IMG/VR virus record: IMGVR_UViG_3300030102_001647
Coordinates: 1-57,340 of that record
Direction: 5' to 3' (one strand)
Origin: a virus
Lineage: Duplodnaviria; Caudoviricetes
DNA: 57,340 nt
A program made the translations under genes and the position numbers. Within the stretch, counting starts at the first letter, position 1; each line of letters begins with the position of its first letter. The notes beneath the pieces are model-generated. The model saw only the letters and a list, made by a program, of their open reading frames with translations, was not told where the DNA came from and did not search any database. Positions 29,186 through 37,308 of this stretch are shown in pieces.

Positions 29186-29495
29186 GCCACACACTTCCGT
29201 CTTTCTTGCTACGCATACATCCGAATCCGTCATAGAACCACGGACGTTCATCAGGGTCAGCGTCTAGCAACGGCTTGTTAAACTTCTCTTTGATTTCATC
29301 TAAGAGTTCTGTGCCATACACACCATACACTACATGCTCTATCGCCTGTAGTAGTTGTAGGTTAGCTACCCTGTCGTCGCCCTCTATATCATCACCCAAG
29401 TTTTCTAGGTCATCTTTGATTGCTTCCCACAATCTACATAGATTCTCGTGCGTTACTTCGTCTGATTGCAATATACTTAATTCTAGTTTAGTCAT
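29178..29495 (-). CDS. Hypothetical protein
   Basis: GGAG RBS before MTKLELS. Confidence 0.6.
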   Translation of the reverse strand: MTKLELSILQSDEVTHENLCRLWEAIKDDLENLGDDIEGDDRVANLQLLQAIEHVVYGVYGTELLDEIKEKFNKPLLDADPDERPWFYDGFGCMRSKKDGSVWHD

Positions 29496-29682
29496 AGTTA
29501 TGCTCCGCATCTGCTACCTCAAAGGCAAACTCCACAGCCTCGCCGTATAACTCATCTGCCTCTTCTTTAGCAAGTTTCTTTGCTTCCTTGTGGCTGTATC
29601 CCTCATCCAAGTATTGATGATAAAACTCACGGAACACAACCTTCCTGTCTTTCTCCCATAGATTTTTCATTCTGTCTTCCAT
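29488..29682 (-). CDS. Small conserved phage protein
   Basis: MKNLWEKDRK...YLDEGYSHKEAKKLA. Confidence 0.65.
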   Translation of the reverse strand: MEDRMKNLWEKDRKVVFREFYHQYLDEGYSHKEAKKLAKEEADELYGEAVEFAFEVADAEHNYD

Positions 29683-29684
29683 AA

Positions 29685-29918
29685 CTAGTGAACGATAAGG
29701 TTATCGTCAAACTCTTTTTCAAAGGAAGCAATGTCTGCGTCCTCGTGTGGCACGATGCCACTAACGATAAACCTTTTCTCCTCAAAACTTAAATCAGGAA
29801 AACAAACTTCTGGGTCTGTGCCAGACTGCCATCTTTTTAACTGCTCGTATGTAACAGGTAATAACATGGCATAGATTTCTCCTGTCAGCATAGACCGCCT
29901 TAGTATTTTTAAACCCAT
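29685..29918 (-). CDS. Hypothetical protein
   Basis: SMLTGE...FPDLS.EEKRFIVSGI motif. Confidence 0.6.
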   Translation of the reverse strand: MGLKILRRSMLTGEIYAMLLPVTYEQLKRWQSGTDPEVCFPDLSFEEKRFIVSGIVPHEDADIASFEKEFDDNLIVH

Positions 29919-30172
29919 TGTATATTCCTTTCCAACAAGTAGGCATTGCCGTATATAAATCCAAGAGCATTGTATTTACCCTCGTTATATACGTGTGTTG
30001 CCTCCTCGTTTATAGACATACCATCACCATTGTCAGCTACCAGTAGCGTCCTGTTACCTGCAACACTTACAGCTATCACAGGTCTGCGAACAAAAGCTTC
30101 CGCAACTAATCTAGTTGGTATGTCTTTTTCTTCTTCGCAAATAATTAATAAGGCTGATGATTTCTCAAACAT
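29909..30172 (-). CDS. Hypothetical protein (DUF3846-like remnant possible)
   Basis: INEEAT...IYGNAYLL. Confidence 0.5.
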   Translation of the reverse strand: MFEKSSALLIICEEEKDIPTRLVAEAFVRRPVIAVSVAGNRTLLVADNGDGMSINEEATHVYNEGKYNALGFIYGNAYLLERNIQWV

Positions 30173-30586
30173 TTAATCCCACCTGTAAAAAATATGGTCA
30201 TTTATTCTGACGATAAACTTCTTACCAGAAGCCCATGAAGGGGCTACATCTATCGTGTGATAATGTGTCGCACCATCTAGGTATCCAAAGCTATCGCCCA
30301 TGATAACATTCTTGGCTATCTTCATAGAGTATTGGTATGCTTCTTCGTCCTCTGGTTTGTCAGACTTGCCATCACAATACCAACTGAACTGACACTTATG
30401 TATTATAGGATGTCCACTCTCATAATGCAAGCCCTGATACACAACATCGCATATATTATTTGGGTATCTGCTATCATTAACTCTGTTAACAACAACCTGC
30501 GCCACGGCTATCTGCCCTAGCGTAGGCTGGTTTCTTGCCTCGTGGTAGATGTTCAGTGCGAGACACACTAATGCCTCTGCTATCAT
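30173..30586 (-). CDS. Cell wall hydrolase (SleB / Hydrolase_2)
   Basis: CLALNIYHEAR, VVVNRV, CQFSWYCDG, GATHYH and HIFY. Confidence 0.92.
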   Translation of the reverse strand: MIAEALVCLALNIYHEARNQPTLGQIAVAQVVVNRVNDSRYPNNICDVVYQGLHYESGHPIIHKCQFSWYCDGKSDKPEDEEAYQYSMKIAKNVIMGDSFGYLDGATHYHTIDVAPSWASGKKFIVRINDHIFYRWD

Positions 30587-30651
30587 CCCTGCCCCACTAA
30601 ATAAATAATAATAAATATGGTTACAAAAACTATCATTCCTAAGTTGCTCAT
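30583..30651 (-). CDS. 22-aa membrane peptide
   Basis: MSNLGMIVFVTIFIIIYLVGQG with ATGA coupling on both sides. Confidence 0.4.
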   Translation of the reverse strand: MSNLGMIVFVTIFIIIYLVGQG

Positions 30652-30824
30652 GTGTTCCAAATCTCCTCGTGTTCCCACTCTTTACCTAGTCTTTTATTTC
30701 TCCAGAATATATTCTGTTTGCTGTTGGTGGCGTAGTGGTAGCTACCTTTTGTTTGGTAATACCAATCACTGCCAATCCAATCTTCATGCCATTTCTTAGC
30801 CATTCTCTTGTGTTTGTTTGCCAT
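30648..30824 (-). CDS. Trp-rich hypothetical protein
   Basis: Start placed at MANKHKR. Confidence 0.5.
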   Translation of the reverse strand: MANKHKRMAKKWHEDWIGSDWYYQTKGSYHYATNSKQNIFWRNKRLGKEWEHEEIWNT

Positions 30825-31032
30825 GTTTTGTAATCCTTTCACTCTCAGGCACATCACGTATCACTTGAAATACAGGTTCGTATCCTGATATTTCTTTCCA
30901 GTTCCAATGGACTGGATGTGGGTTCTCACTAACAGGCACATCAATCCACATCTCTATGTGCATCTGTCTTGTTTTCTTTCTGCCTGTCGTAAGAGCCTTT
31001 TCCTTTTTTGGGGTGGACTTTCTTCGGGGCAT
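30796..31032 (-). CDS. Hypothetical protein
   Basis: GGAG RBS; basic N-terminus. Confidence 0.55.
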   Translation of the reverse strand: MPRRKSTPKKEKALTTGRKKTRQMHIEMWIDVPVSENPHPVHWNWKEISGYEPVFQVIRDVPESERITKHGKQTQENG

Positions 31033-31037
31033 ACCGA

Positions 31038-31349
31038 TTACTCCGCAGGGTCTTTGCTATCGGGTTTATCTTCGGTATCTTGTCTGTCATTGTCTACCAC
31101 CAGTTTGATGTAATCAACAGGCTTGTCTTCTTTGGTAGCCTGATATGTCATGTCAATCATAGTGATGCTATCTTCGGGTGTTAAATCTTTTAGATTCATC
31201 TCCGTGTCTGCAAGCTGTCGAACTCTTATGTATTCAAGCCAATCGACAGGCATGACATCATCACCTATGATGGGATACCACGGCAATCGCCCGACATCCT
31301 CTGCATCTGTTTCGATTACAAAAGTTACTTCGTATCTGTTTTTAGTCAT
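31038..31349 (-). CDS. Hypothetical protein
   Basis: Packed early ORF. Confidence 0.6.
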   Translation of the reverse strand: MTKNRYEVTFVIETDAEDVGRLPWYPIIGDDVMPVDWLEYIRVRQLADTEMNLKDLTPEDSITMIDMTYQATKEDKPVDYIKLVVDNDRQDTEDKPDSKDPAE

Positions 31350-31350
31350 A

Positions 31351-31458
31351 TCACTTCTTTCTGTTAGTGAAATTGTATAAGTTAATCAATGCGTTAAGCC
31401 ACACACCGACCATGATTACTATCTCAGTATAAGAGATACTGAAGGGTATGTCAACCAT
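31351..31458 (-). CDS. 35-aa membrane peptide
   Basis: GAGGAG RBS; MVDIPFSISYTEIVIMVGVWLNALINLYNFTNRKK. Confidence 0.5.
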   Translation of the reverse strand: MVDIPFSISYTEIVIMVGVWLNALINLYNFTNRKK

Positions 31459-31461
31459 TTT

Positions 31462-31677
31462 TTACTCCTCGATTTTATCCACTGAGGTAACACGAAAATC
31501 ACCTGACACTGGCTCTTCTTCGTGCCACTTCCCCATGTCTGCAAGGTGACGAGCATACTCATACTCGTCCATCCCTGCAGGTATCTCGCTGGCATCGAAC
31601 TCGACCCACATGTCGTATTCTAGGACACCCTTGGCTAGGTATTTTTTTCTAGGCGATAGCCGCACAAAGGTTATCAT
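31462..31677 (-). CDS. Hypothetical protein
   Basis: Acidic early ORF. Confidence 0.5.
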   Translation of the reverse strand: MITFVRLSPRKKYLAKGVLEYDMWVEFDASEIPAGMDEYEYARHLADMGKWHEEEPVSGDFRVTSVDKIEE

Positions 31678-31816
31678 CCTCTGCCTCCTCAACTTCTACT
31701 TCTGCGTCGTGTAAATCACCATACTCAAATAAATGTTTGGCTTCTTCGACAGCATCATCTTCATCATGCGCTTCCACCCATTGTGAAATCGTCATCGTTA
31801 CTATGTATTTACGCAT
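31649..31816 (-). CDS. 55-aa acidic protein (Y-x-V...VEA-x-DE-x-x-A type)
   Basis: MRKYIVTMTISQWVEAHDEDDAVEEAK...; AGGAG RBS. Confidence 0.55.
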   Translation of the reverse strand: MRKYIVTMTISQWVEAHDEDDAVEEAKHLFEYGDLHDAEVEVEEAEDDNLCAAIA

Positions 31817-32351
31817 CTTCTAACTCCTTTTTCTCAGCTAAGTAGTATTCGTAGTCTTCTTCGATACAGGGAAACTCATACAGCAGATAGTCTGGAACTT
31901 CATTCTCAGGATGTTTTTCGTAGGTGTAGCTGTGACAATCATCCTTGTCTTCAGTTGCATGTCCCACAAACATCACGCCGCCCTCGTGATACAGCAAAGA
32001 GAACTCAAATTTATTTCTCTCCGCAGCATACTGCAATGCTTCAACAGGCGGCGACCATGCGCTATCAAACGACAACTCTAGCACGTTATCAACAAGAGTC
32101 GCATCGTGGCACTGTATGTCCCACTTAGTTCCCCAGTGGGTGACGCACCAATCCCAATCCCACTCGCCATCAAGTGTCTTGGTTACTTCGCCTTTACCTG
32201 TCCAGTTAGACCAAGTTGTTTCACCTGCAGGAACTGGTCTTAGCACCTGCAAAAACTCTGGCTCATCTTTACGCAGGTTGTTATACAACATCTGCAAGTA
32301 GCCTTTGTCTTCAGTTTTAATTGTTAAATAATTTTCACACCAGTTTGGCAT
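31809..32351 (-). CDS. DUF1281 / YubB ferredoxin-like domain protein
   Basis: MPNWCEN, W-W-C-x-x-HWGTKWD and FDSAWSPP. Confidence 0.8.
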   Translation of the reverse strand: MPNWCENYLTIKTEDKGYLQMLYNNLRKDEPEFLQVLRPVPAGETTWSNWTGKGEVTKTLDGEWDWDWCVTHWGTKWDIQCHDATLVDNVLELSFDSAWSPPVEALQYAAERNKFEFSLLYHEGGVMFVGHATEDKDDCHSYTYEKHPENEVPDYLLYEFPCIEEDYEYYLAEKKELEDA

Positions 32352-32364
32352 AGTCTCTCTCCTT

Positions 32365-32730
32365 TTACCAATCAAATCCTATAACTGTAAAGCCAGCTTC
32401 GGGAGCATTGGCAGGATTAGTTCCTAAGAACTGCACCATAGCTTTAGCTTCCTCAAGCGTAGTCTTACAATCTGTACTGTCGCCTTCTTCATCTGTGCCA
32501 AGCAGAAGACCACGCCCTGCTAGTGGCTGTGGGCAATCTCCGATTGTGAAGAACGCTTGGTTCTCTACATACAGTCCCTCGTCGTCTACATATACACTGT
32601 CATCAGTGTCATCAAAGTAGGCAACAGTAAACATGTCACACTCTATCAAGGAAGATATGTCTCTCCAATCTCCAGAGTATTCTATTTCTTCGATAGTCTT
32701 ATCGAATGGGTTAATCAATATTGCTTGCAT
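32365..32730 (-). CDS. DUF3846-family protein
   Basis: AILINPF, VYVDDEGL and LAGRGLLLGTDEEGD. Confidence 0.7.
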   Translation of the reverse strand: MQAILINPFDKTIEEIEYSGDWRDISSLIECDMFTVAYFDDTDDSVYVDDEGLYVENQAFFTIGDCPQPLAGRGLLLGTDEEGDSTDCKTTLEEAKAMVQFLGTNPANAPEAGFTVIGFDW

Positions 32731-32732
32731 AA

Positions 32733-33014
32733 TTATGCGTCCTCTCTTTTCCATAAAAAATATCTGTGGTCTGGGTTAACTGTCCAATGGTCGTGGTCTA
32801 TTTCTGCCTTGTAACACTCATATACAGAGCAATACACAATGTCCTCAGACTCGTCACGCCACAGGTTCAGGTCAAACATTCTGTCGCCTACCTGTATGCC
32901 ATACCATGTGTCCTCTGGCTCTCTGTTATAGTTACACCAATCATCGTAACTCTGATGACTAAACGCTGTCAAGTATCCTAGTTCGTAGTCACTTAGTTTT
33001 AGTGTGTCTGTCAT
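32733..33014 (-). CDS. Hypothetical protein
   Basis: ATGA-coupled early ORF. Confidence 0.6.
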   Translation of the reverse strand: MTDTLKLSDYELGYLTAFSHQSYDDWCNYNREPEDTWYGIQVGDRMFDLNLWRDESEDIVYCSVYECYKAEIDHDHWTVNPDHRYFLWKREDA

Positions 33015-33334
33015 TCATGCTCTCCATCTATACGTCTGCCTAAGTTAGGTTGTGGATTGTATCCCCACTCCATGAATATCTGCGGTTTTTTCTCCGCAAC
33101 TTTGTATGTAGCTACTGTGACTGCCAAGGCACACAGCAAGGCTATGTGTCCTAGCATTGACCACAGGAAGCCCGACCAAGAACCGACTGCCACAAAGAAG
33201 GCAATCACCCACATGTAAGCAAGCACTTGTAGTATCATGTGTCTTACATATACATCTGGAATATTCTTTAGTGGGCTGAACCTATGGTCAAACACAGTAT
33301 TCCATGAGTCATAAATAAATTTATGTAGTCTCAT
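33011..33334 (-). CDS. Membrane protein, conserved in marine phages
   Basis: SPLKNIPD.YVRHMILQVLAYMW, two TM segments, C-terminal GEHE. Confidence 0.65.
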   Translation of the reverse strand: MRLHKFIYDSWNTVFDHRFSPLKNIPDVYVRHMILQVLAYMWVIAFFVAVGSWSGFLWSMLGHIALLCALAVTVATYKVAEKKPQIFMEWGYNPQPNLGRRIDGEHE

Positions 33335-33567
33335 CTGATGCGCTCCCTGTTATGCAAAGCATCTTGGGCTAGGAATGTCATCATGTCGAACAAATGGGCT
33401 GGGTCAAAGTATTCATAGTCCTCGCACACATGCTCTTCAATGAACGCATAGATTTCCTCGTCAGTCCAGTTCAGCCAATCGTCAGGCAATTCATTGGTCA
33501 GGTAGTGACCGCTTGCCCAGCATACTGTTGTGTCTTCACACAACTCTCTTTGTTTAAGCATCGTCAT
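33331..33567 (-). CDS. Hypothetical protein
   Basis: Packed early ORF. Confidence 0.6.
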   Translation of the reverse strand: MTMLKQRELCEDTTVCWASGHYLTNELPDDWLNWTDEEIYAFIEEHVCEDYEYFDPAHLFDMMTFLAQDALHNRERIR

Positions 33568-33889
33568 CCTCTTCTACGTCTTCCATTTCTATCTCTAGGT
33601 CAGAGATTTCATAGTCTAATATGTCAGTGCCTGTAGCACATACAACCTCTGGTTCTCCAGAGCAATAGCCTAATCTTTCCATAGCACACTCTATCTCATG
33701 CGCTAGATACTGCTCTATCTCAGCATTAAGCTGGTCTTCAAGGTCTTCTGCAGTATCGTCGATTTCTCCATAAAAATTTAGTCCACTCACTTCGTCCAGT
33801 TCATAGTCGTATCGTATCTCTACAGTTACGACAGCGTGACCAGACACGTTGCCTCCATATATTACAGGTCTTTGTTTCATTTCTGGCAT
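33554..33889 (-). CDS. Acidic hypothetical protein
   Basis: GAGGAG RBS before MPEMKQ. Confidence 0.6.
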   Translation of the reverse strand: MPEMKQRPVIYGGNVSGHAVVTVEIRYDYELDEVSGLNFYGEIDDTAEDLEDQLNAEIEQYLAHEIECAMERLGYCSGEPEVVCATGTDILDYEISDLEIEMEDVEEDDDA

Positions 33890-33893
33890 GGTA

Positions 33894-34091
33894 TTACTCC
33901 TCTTTGCCCCAATATCCGCAATCGAAAATAGCTTCTCTTGCAGTGTGTTGCGCTCCCATAATCTTACGAGCAGAATCAGGATAATCAAAGTCTATCCCCT
34001 CATAAGACGCAAGCAAAAGTTCTACTAGGTCAGTTACACTAACTGACACCTCAACATTTTCCCAATCGGTAAGTTCATTTAATACTTTCAT
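33894..34091 (-). CDS. Hypothetical protein
   Basis: GGAG RBS. Confidence 0.6.
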   Translation of the reverse strand: MKVLNELTDWENVEVSVSVTDLVELLLASYEGIDFDYPDSARKIMGAQHTAREAIFDCGYWGKEE

Positions 34092-34100
34092 TTTACACTC

Positions 34101-34382
34101 CTATTCTAAGCAAAGAAAGTCTACGATAAATTCTTTTGTCAAGTCAATCTGAACACCTGATAACACACTAACAACTTTTAGTTGCTGTTCTGTTAGCACC
34201 TGTTCTTCTGCGTCATCGTCTAGGTAGAACACATCACCGCAATCATATATCCATGTATCAGCATTTGTTACTATTGCCAATGCGTTATGCACTTCCTCGA
34301 CCAGTTCCCAATTAGGTTGGGTAGCATAGCTATCATTGTATTCTTCCTGATAGCCTGAGTTATATTGAAAAAATCTACTCAT
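34101..34382 (-). CDS. Hypothetical protein
   Basis: ATGA-coupled. Confidence 0.6.
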   Translation of the reverse strand: MSRFFQYNSGYQEEYNDSYATQPNWELVEEVHNALAIVTNADTWIYDCGDVFYLDDDAEEQVLTEQQLKVVSVLSGVQIDLTKEFIVDFLCLE

Positions 34383-34606
34383 GTATTACTCACAAATCCT
34401 CTTTCTTGTAGAAAGTTTATCAGTTCTTCTGTATCTTCCACTAGGCTTCTAGCATAGTCGTTAACTTCTTTAACACTATCAAGGTCAGCGTTAGTTTCAA
34501 AGTTACCCATTCTATTTCTTAGAATGTCAAATACAAACTCTATATTCATAACAAGGTCGTCATATTCGTCTTCAATCTGTGATTGATATGCCGCATCTCT
34601 ACTCAT
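34379..34606 (-). CDS. Hypothetical protein
   Basis: ATGA-coupled. Confidence 0.6.
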   Translation of the reverse strand: MSRDAAYQSQIEDEYDDLVMNIEFVFDILRNRMGNFETNADLDSVKEVNDYARSLVEDTEELINFLQERGFVSNT

Positions 34607-34818
34607 TTCTTACTCGCTTTCTTTACTAAATCTCCATCGTGCTTAATCTTTTTCACAGTAGGTGGATGATGTATCCTGTTACCTGCTACAGGTTTAAGCG
34701 TCCCGTCAAGCAAAAGATAATCCATTGCCTGTTCTTCATCAAAAGCTTCTATCTCATAAATTTCAGTCGTGGTTCTTTTACATACAATTCTGTATGTCGA
34801 AAGTGTCATCACACTCAT
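34603..34818 (-). CDS. Hypothetical protein (Y-x-I...IEA-x-DEE-x-A type)
   Basis: STYRIVCKRTTTEIYEIEAFDEEQA. Confidence 0.55.
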   Translation of the reverse strand: MSVMTLSTYRIVCKRTTTEIYEIEAFDEEQAMDYLLLDGTLKPVAGNRIHHPPTVKKIKHDGDLVKKASKK

Positions 34819-35083
34819 AATCTACTCCATATACATAGGCTTTAGCCATTCCAAGTAAGTCCAATACGTCAAAACCATTGACCATACGGACTACATCGTC
34901 GTCATAGTCGTCACCTACATACAGGTTACACCACTCTTTGCAAGGCACAAAGCGAGGATTGAATCCTGATGTGTCGAACAAAGCCACTTCCACAAGATGT
35001 GGATAGCTTCTCTCCTGTGTTATAGAGAAACTATAACCTTGGTCTTGCATCACTGTAAGCGACATCCTAACATTCATGTTCAT
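34778..35083 (-). CDS. Hypothetical protein
   Basis: GGAG RBS; VEVAL...DDVVR motif. Confidence 0.55.
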   Translation of the reverse strand: MNMNVRMSLTVMQDQGYSFSITQERSYPHLVEVALFDTSGFNPRFVPCKEWCNLYVGDDYDDDVVRMVNGFDVLDLLGMAKAYVYGVDYECDDTFDIQNCM

Positions 35084-35106
35084 ATCAAACTCCATAAGTA
35101 ATTATG

Positions 35107-35134
35107 TAGGCAGTTTTAACACATGCCTAGGTGC
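35107..35134 (-). other. Candidate H-type RNA pseudoknot in an intergenic leader
   Basis: GCAC-C-UAGGCA-U-GUGU-UAAAAC-UGCCUA: S1 GCAC/GUGU, S2 UAGGCA/UGCCUA. Confidence 0.45.
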
Positions 35135-35151
35135 TTGTCAAGCCGAAAGGT

Positions 35152-35382
35152 TTAGGCGGCTGTTAAGTTCCAGAAGCTACGCTTTGGTTTACGCTTCTCA
35201 ATGTACAAGCTAAACTTGCCGAAGTGAACACCATTGGTAGTCTTACCTTTGGTAATTCCGAATAGTTTTCCGTTCAAGCATCTAGCATTTTCACGCCCAC
35301 GCTTGCGGCAAATACCCTCTGTGTTACCAATACGAAAACGAAAGCCTCTTGTGCCATCGTTAAGTGAATTAAATTTAACCAT
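35152..35382 (-). CDS. Basic hypothetical protein
   Basis: GGAG RBS; LNDGTRGFRFR. Confidence 0.6.
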   Translation of the reverse strand: MVKFNSLNDGTRGFRFRIGNTEGICRKRGRENARCLNGKLFGITKGKTTNGVHFGKFSLYIEKRKPKRSFWNLTAA

Positions 35383-35426
35383 TTGAAAACTCCATTCGTT
35401 GTGGTTACATTTACTAATATATTTAT

Positions 35427-35457
35427 ATAAGTTATTCGTAAGAACTTTATAACTTAT
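35427..35457. repeat. Divergent copy of the early-gene stem-loop element
   Basis: ATAAGTTAT...ATAACTTAT inverted repeat, sharing TATAA(G/T)TTATTC(G/A)TAA with the 36398 and 36732 copies. Confidence 0.6.
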
Positions 35458-35464
35458 TAAATTA

Positions 35465-36196
35465 TTAGGCTACTTCAAGGTTTATGTGTTTACCTTGTAA
35501 TACAAATCCTGTTGTGTCTTTCTTGGCTTCACCTTTAGCATACAATGCTACAATGTGTCTAGGTGCATCCAGAAAGCGTAAATCATCCTTGTCTCCATCA
35601 AGCACAGGCAAGCCTCTCCAGTTCACAAGTTCTGAGGCAGGATGTCTAAAGACAACAGCAATGTTACATCCTGTAACATTATATGCTCTCAGTACTTCAT
35701 CAGCATATCTTGGGTTGGCTTCACTGTATGACAGTGTAAGGTGATAGTTTTTAGGGAGTGTCTTATAGACACGTTTGACTATCTTTGTGTAGTCGTAGAA
35801 TTGAACATCTGGAAACTCATTCTCAAAATCTATATGATTTTCCCACATGATGTCTGATGTGCCGTTCAGTCTTACGACTGGTTGAATATCACGTTTCTCA
35901 CAGTATCGCTGGAACTTTGCAATATCCTCTCTTAACTGTTGCAAAAATGCAACACGATTGTCTCGCCATAGGATAGTCTTGCGGATACGTCCTGCTTGGA
36001 CATTGGACATCTTGCCACGTCCTGCAGTGTATAGACATGCTTTCTTGCATCCTGCAAGTTCGGCAGTTGGGCATAGGTTAACACCTTCCACGTTATCGGC
36101 AGGTGCTAGGTACAGGATAGCAGTCAGGTACTCTGAGCCGTCACCCTTTACAGTCTTGGCATTATTGCCAACAGATAGCAGATTGTAGTTAGACAT
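35465..36196 (-). CDS. GP88-like Cys-rich protein (radical-SAM-like fold inferred)
   Basis: NLCP...GCKKACL, VRLNGTSD, FYDYTK, YHLTLSYSE and GDKDDLRF. Confidence 0.7.
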   Translation of the reverse strand: MSNYNLLSVGNNAKTVKGDGSEYLTAILYLAPADNVEGVNLCPTAELAGCKKACLYTAGRGKMSNVQAGRIRKTILWRDNRVAFLQQLREDIAKFQRYCEKRDIQPVVRLNGTSDIMWENHIDFENEFPDVQFYDYTKIVKRVYKTLPKNYHLTLSYSEANPRYADEVLRAYNVTGCNIAVVFRHPASELVNWRGLPVLDGDKDDLRFLDAPRHIVALYAKGEAKKDTTGFVLQGKHINLEVA

Positions 36197-36210
36197 GTTA
36201 ATACTCCGTA

Positions 36211-36372
36211 TTAGTTGCTGAGTTCCAAATCTTCACAGATTTGATAGGCAAAGTCTTTGTCGTCCCATATAGACACAGTGCCTTCGTATACACTAGAGAC
36301 AGCGTAAGCTGTTTCACCATTACCAATATAATTTTCAAGTTCTTCTACAAAGTAGATTTTCGTAGTATCCAT
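36211..36372 (-). CDS. 53-aa acidic protein
   Basis: GAGGAG RBS; MDTTKIYFVEELENYIGNGETAYAV... Confidence 0.6.
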   Translation of the reverse strand: MDTTKIYFVEELENYIGNGETAYAVSSVYEGTVSIWDDKDFAYQICEDLELSN

Positions 36373-36397
36373 AACTAACTCCTCTCAAGTTAATATA

Positions 36398-36434
36398 AAT
36401 ATATAATTTATTCATAAATAAATAAATTATTATT
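36398..36434. repeat. 37-bp direct repeat copy A with internal inverted repeat
   Basis: AATATATAATTTATTCATAAATAAATAAATTATTATT, identical to 36732-36768. Confidence 0.9.
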
Positions 36435-36437
36435 TTA

Positions 36438-36704
36438 TTAAGCGTTTTTGCTTTCAATCTCGTGTTTCAATTCGTCAAGTTGCTTTAGCAAACTGTCTAG
36501 CTTGCGTTGCTCACCTTCAGTGAGTGGTGGATGCTTACGCTTGAGTGATGCAGCATGAAGCATTGTAAATGCTCCGAACAATGCACACAAGCCAATGACC
36601 AATAACAGCATGGTAATGACAACGTCATTATGTGTTGCTCCTAACAACATAGTGCATACTGACATAACCAAAATAAATCCAGCATATAACTTCATAAAAT
36701 TCAT
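36438..36704 (-). CDS. Two-TM membrane protein, first early gene
   Basis: GAGGAG RBS before MNFMKLY; two hydrophobic helices plus a coiled tail. Confidence 0.65.
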   Translation of the reverse strand: MNFMKLYAGFILVMSVCTMLLGATHNDVVITMLLLVIGLCALFGAFTMLHAASLKRKHPPLTEGEQRKLDSLLKQLDELKHEIESKNA

Positions 36705-36731
36705 AACCAACTCCTCATCAATGTTAATAAT

Positions 36732-36768
36732 AATATATAATTTATTCATAAATAAATAAATTATTATT
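36732..36768. repeat. 37-bp direct repeat copy B
   Basis: Identical to 36398-36434. Confidence 0.9.
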
Positions 36769-36798
36769 ATATTAAACTTTTTCTCCAACACATGTCAA
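36769..36798 (-). promoter_or_regulatory. Probable early sigma70 promoter
   Basis: TTGACA-18 bp-TAATAT. Confidence 0.45.
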
Positions 36799-37222
36799 CA
36801 CATATATGAAATTATTTTATAAATCATTGTATTTATTAAATAATATATGTAGATAGGGGGTATACTGTCTGTTTTATAAACAGGGGGTGATGTTGCATTT
36901 AAGACACACAAAGTGTGAATGTTGTAATTTCATCACATATTCTATGTGTTATATTCGCAACACTTATCAAATCACTGTAAAAACTGTTGTAATTTTGTCA
37001 CTAAAAAGTATTCTTTCCCATTTTCTTCAGAAAATCTGTGACACATATGACACATACCCGCACACAAAAACGTACGAGCATACATATATATAAAATACCC
37101 CTGCCATATATTGAGTAAATTTAGGAGCTTTCTCACAAAGTATATTTCTAAAGTAGTTCTACATTTAAAAACTGTAATACGGGGTGTTAGTAGCGGAATA
37201 AAATTAGGAGCTTTCTCACAAT

Positions 37223-37253
37223 AAAAAAAAAACTCCGGCGGGGTAGCCGAAGT
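37223..37253 (-). terminator. Intrinsic terminator (minus strand)
   Basis: ACUUCGGC-UACCCC-GCCGGAGU followed by a long U run. Confidence 0.6.
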
Positions 37254-37279
37254 TCTTATTAATATATAAATATTATAAC

Positions 37280-37308
37280 TTGTATAAAAAAGATAATGTA
37301 AGTATAAT
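37280..37308 (+). promoter_or_regulatory. sigma70-type promoter upstream of terL
   Basis: TTGTAT-17 bp-TATAAT. Confidence 0.55.

Noticed and set aside
36887-37093. 68-aa plus-strand ORF
   Set aside because: Atypical composition in the AT-rich non-coding divergence region; no support
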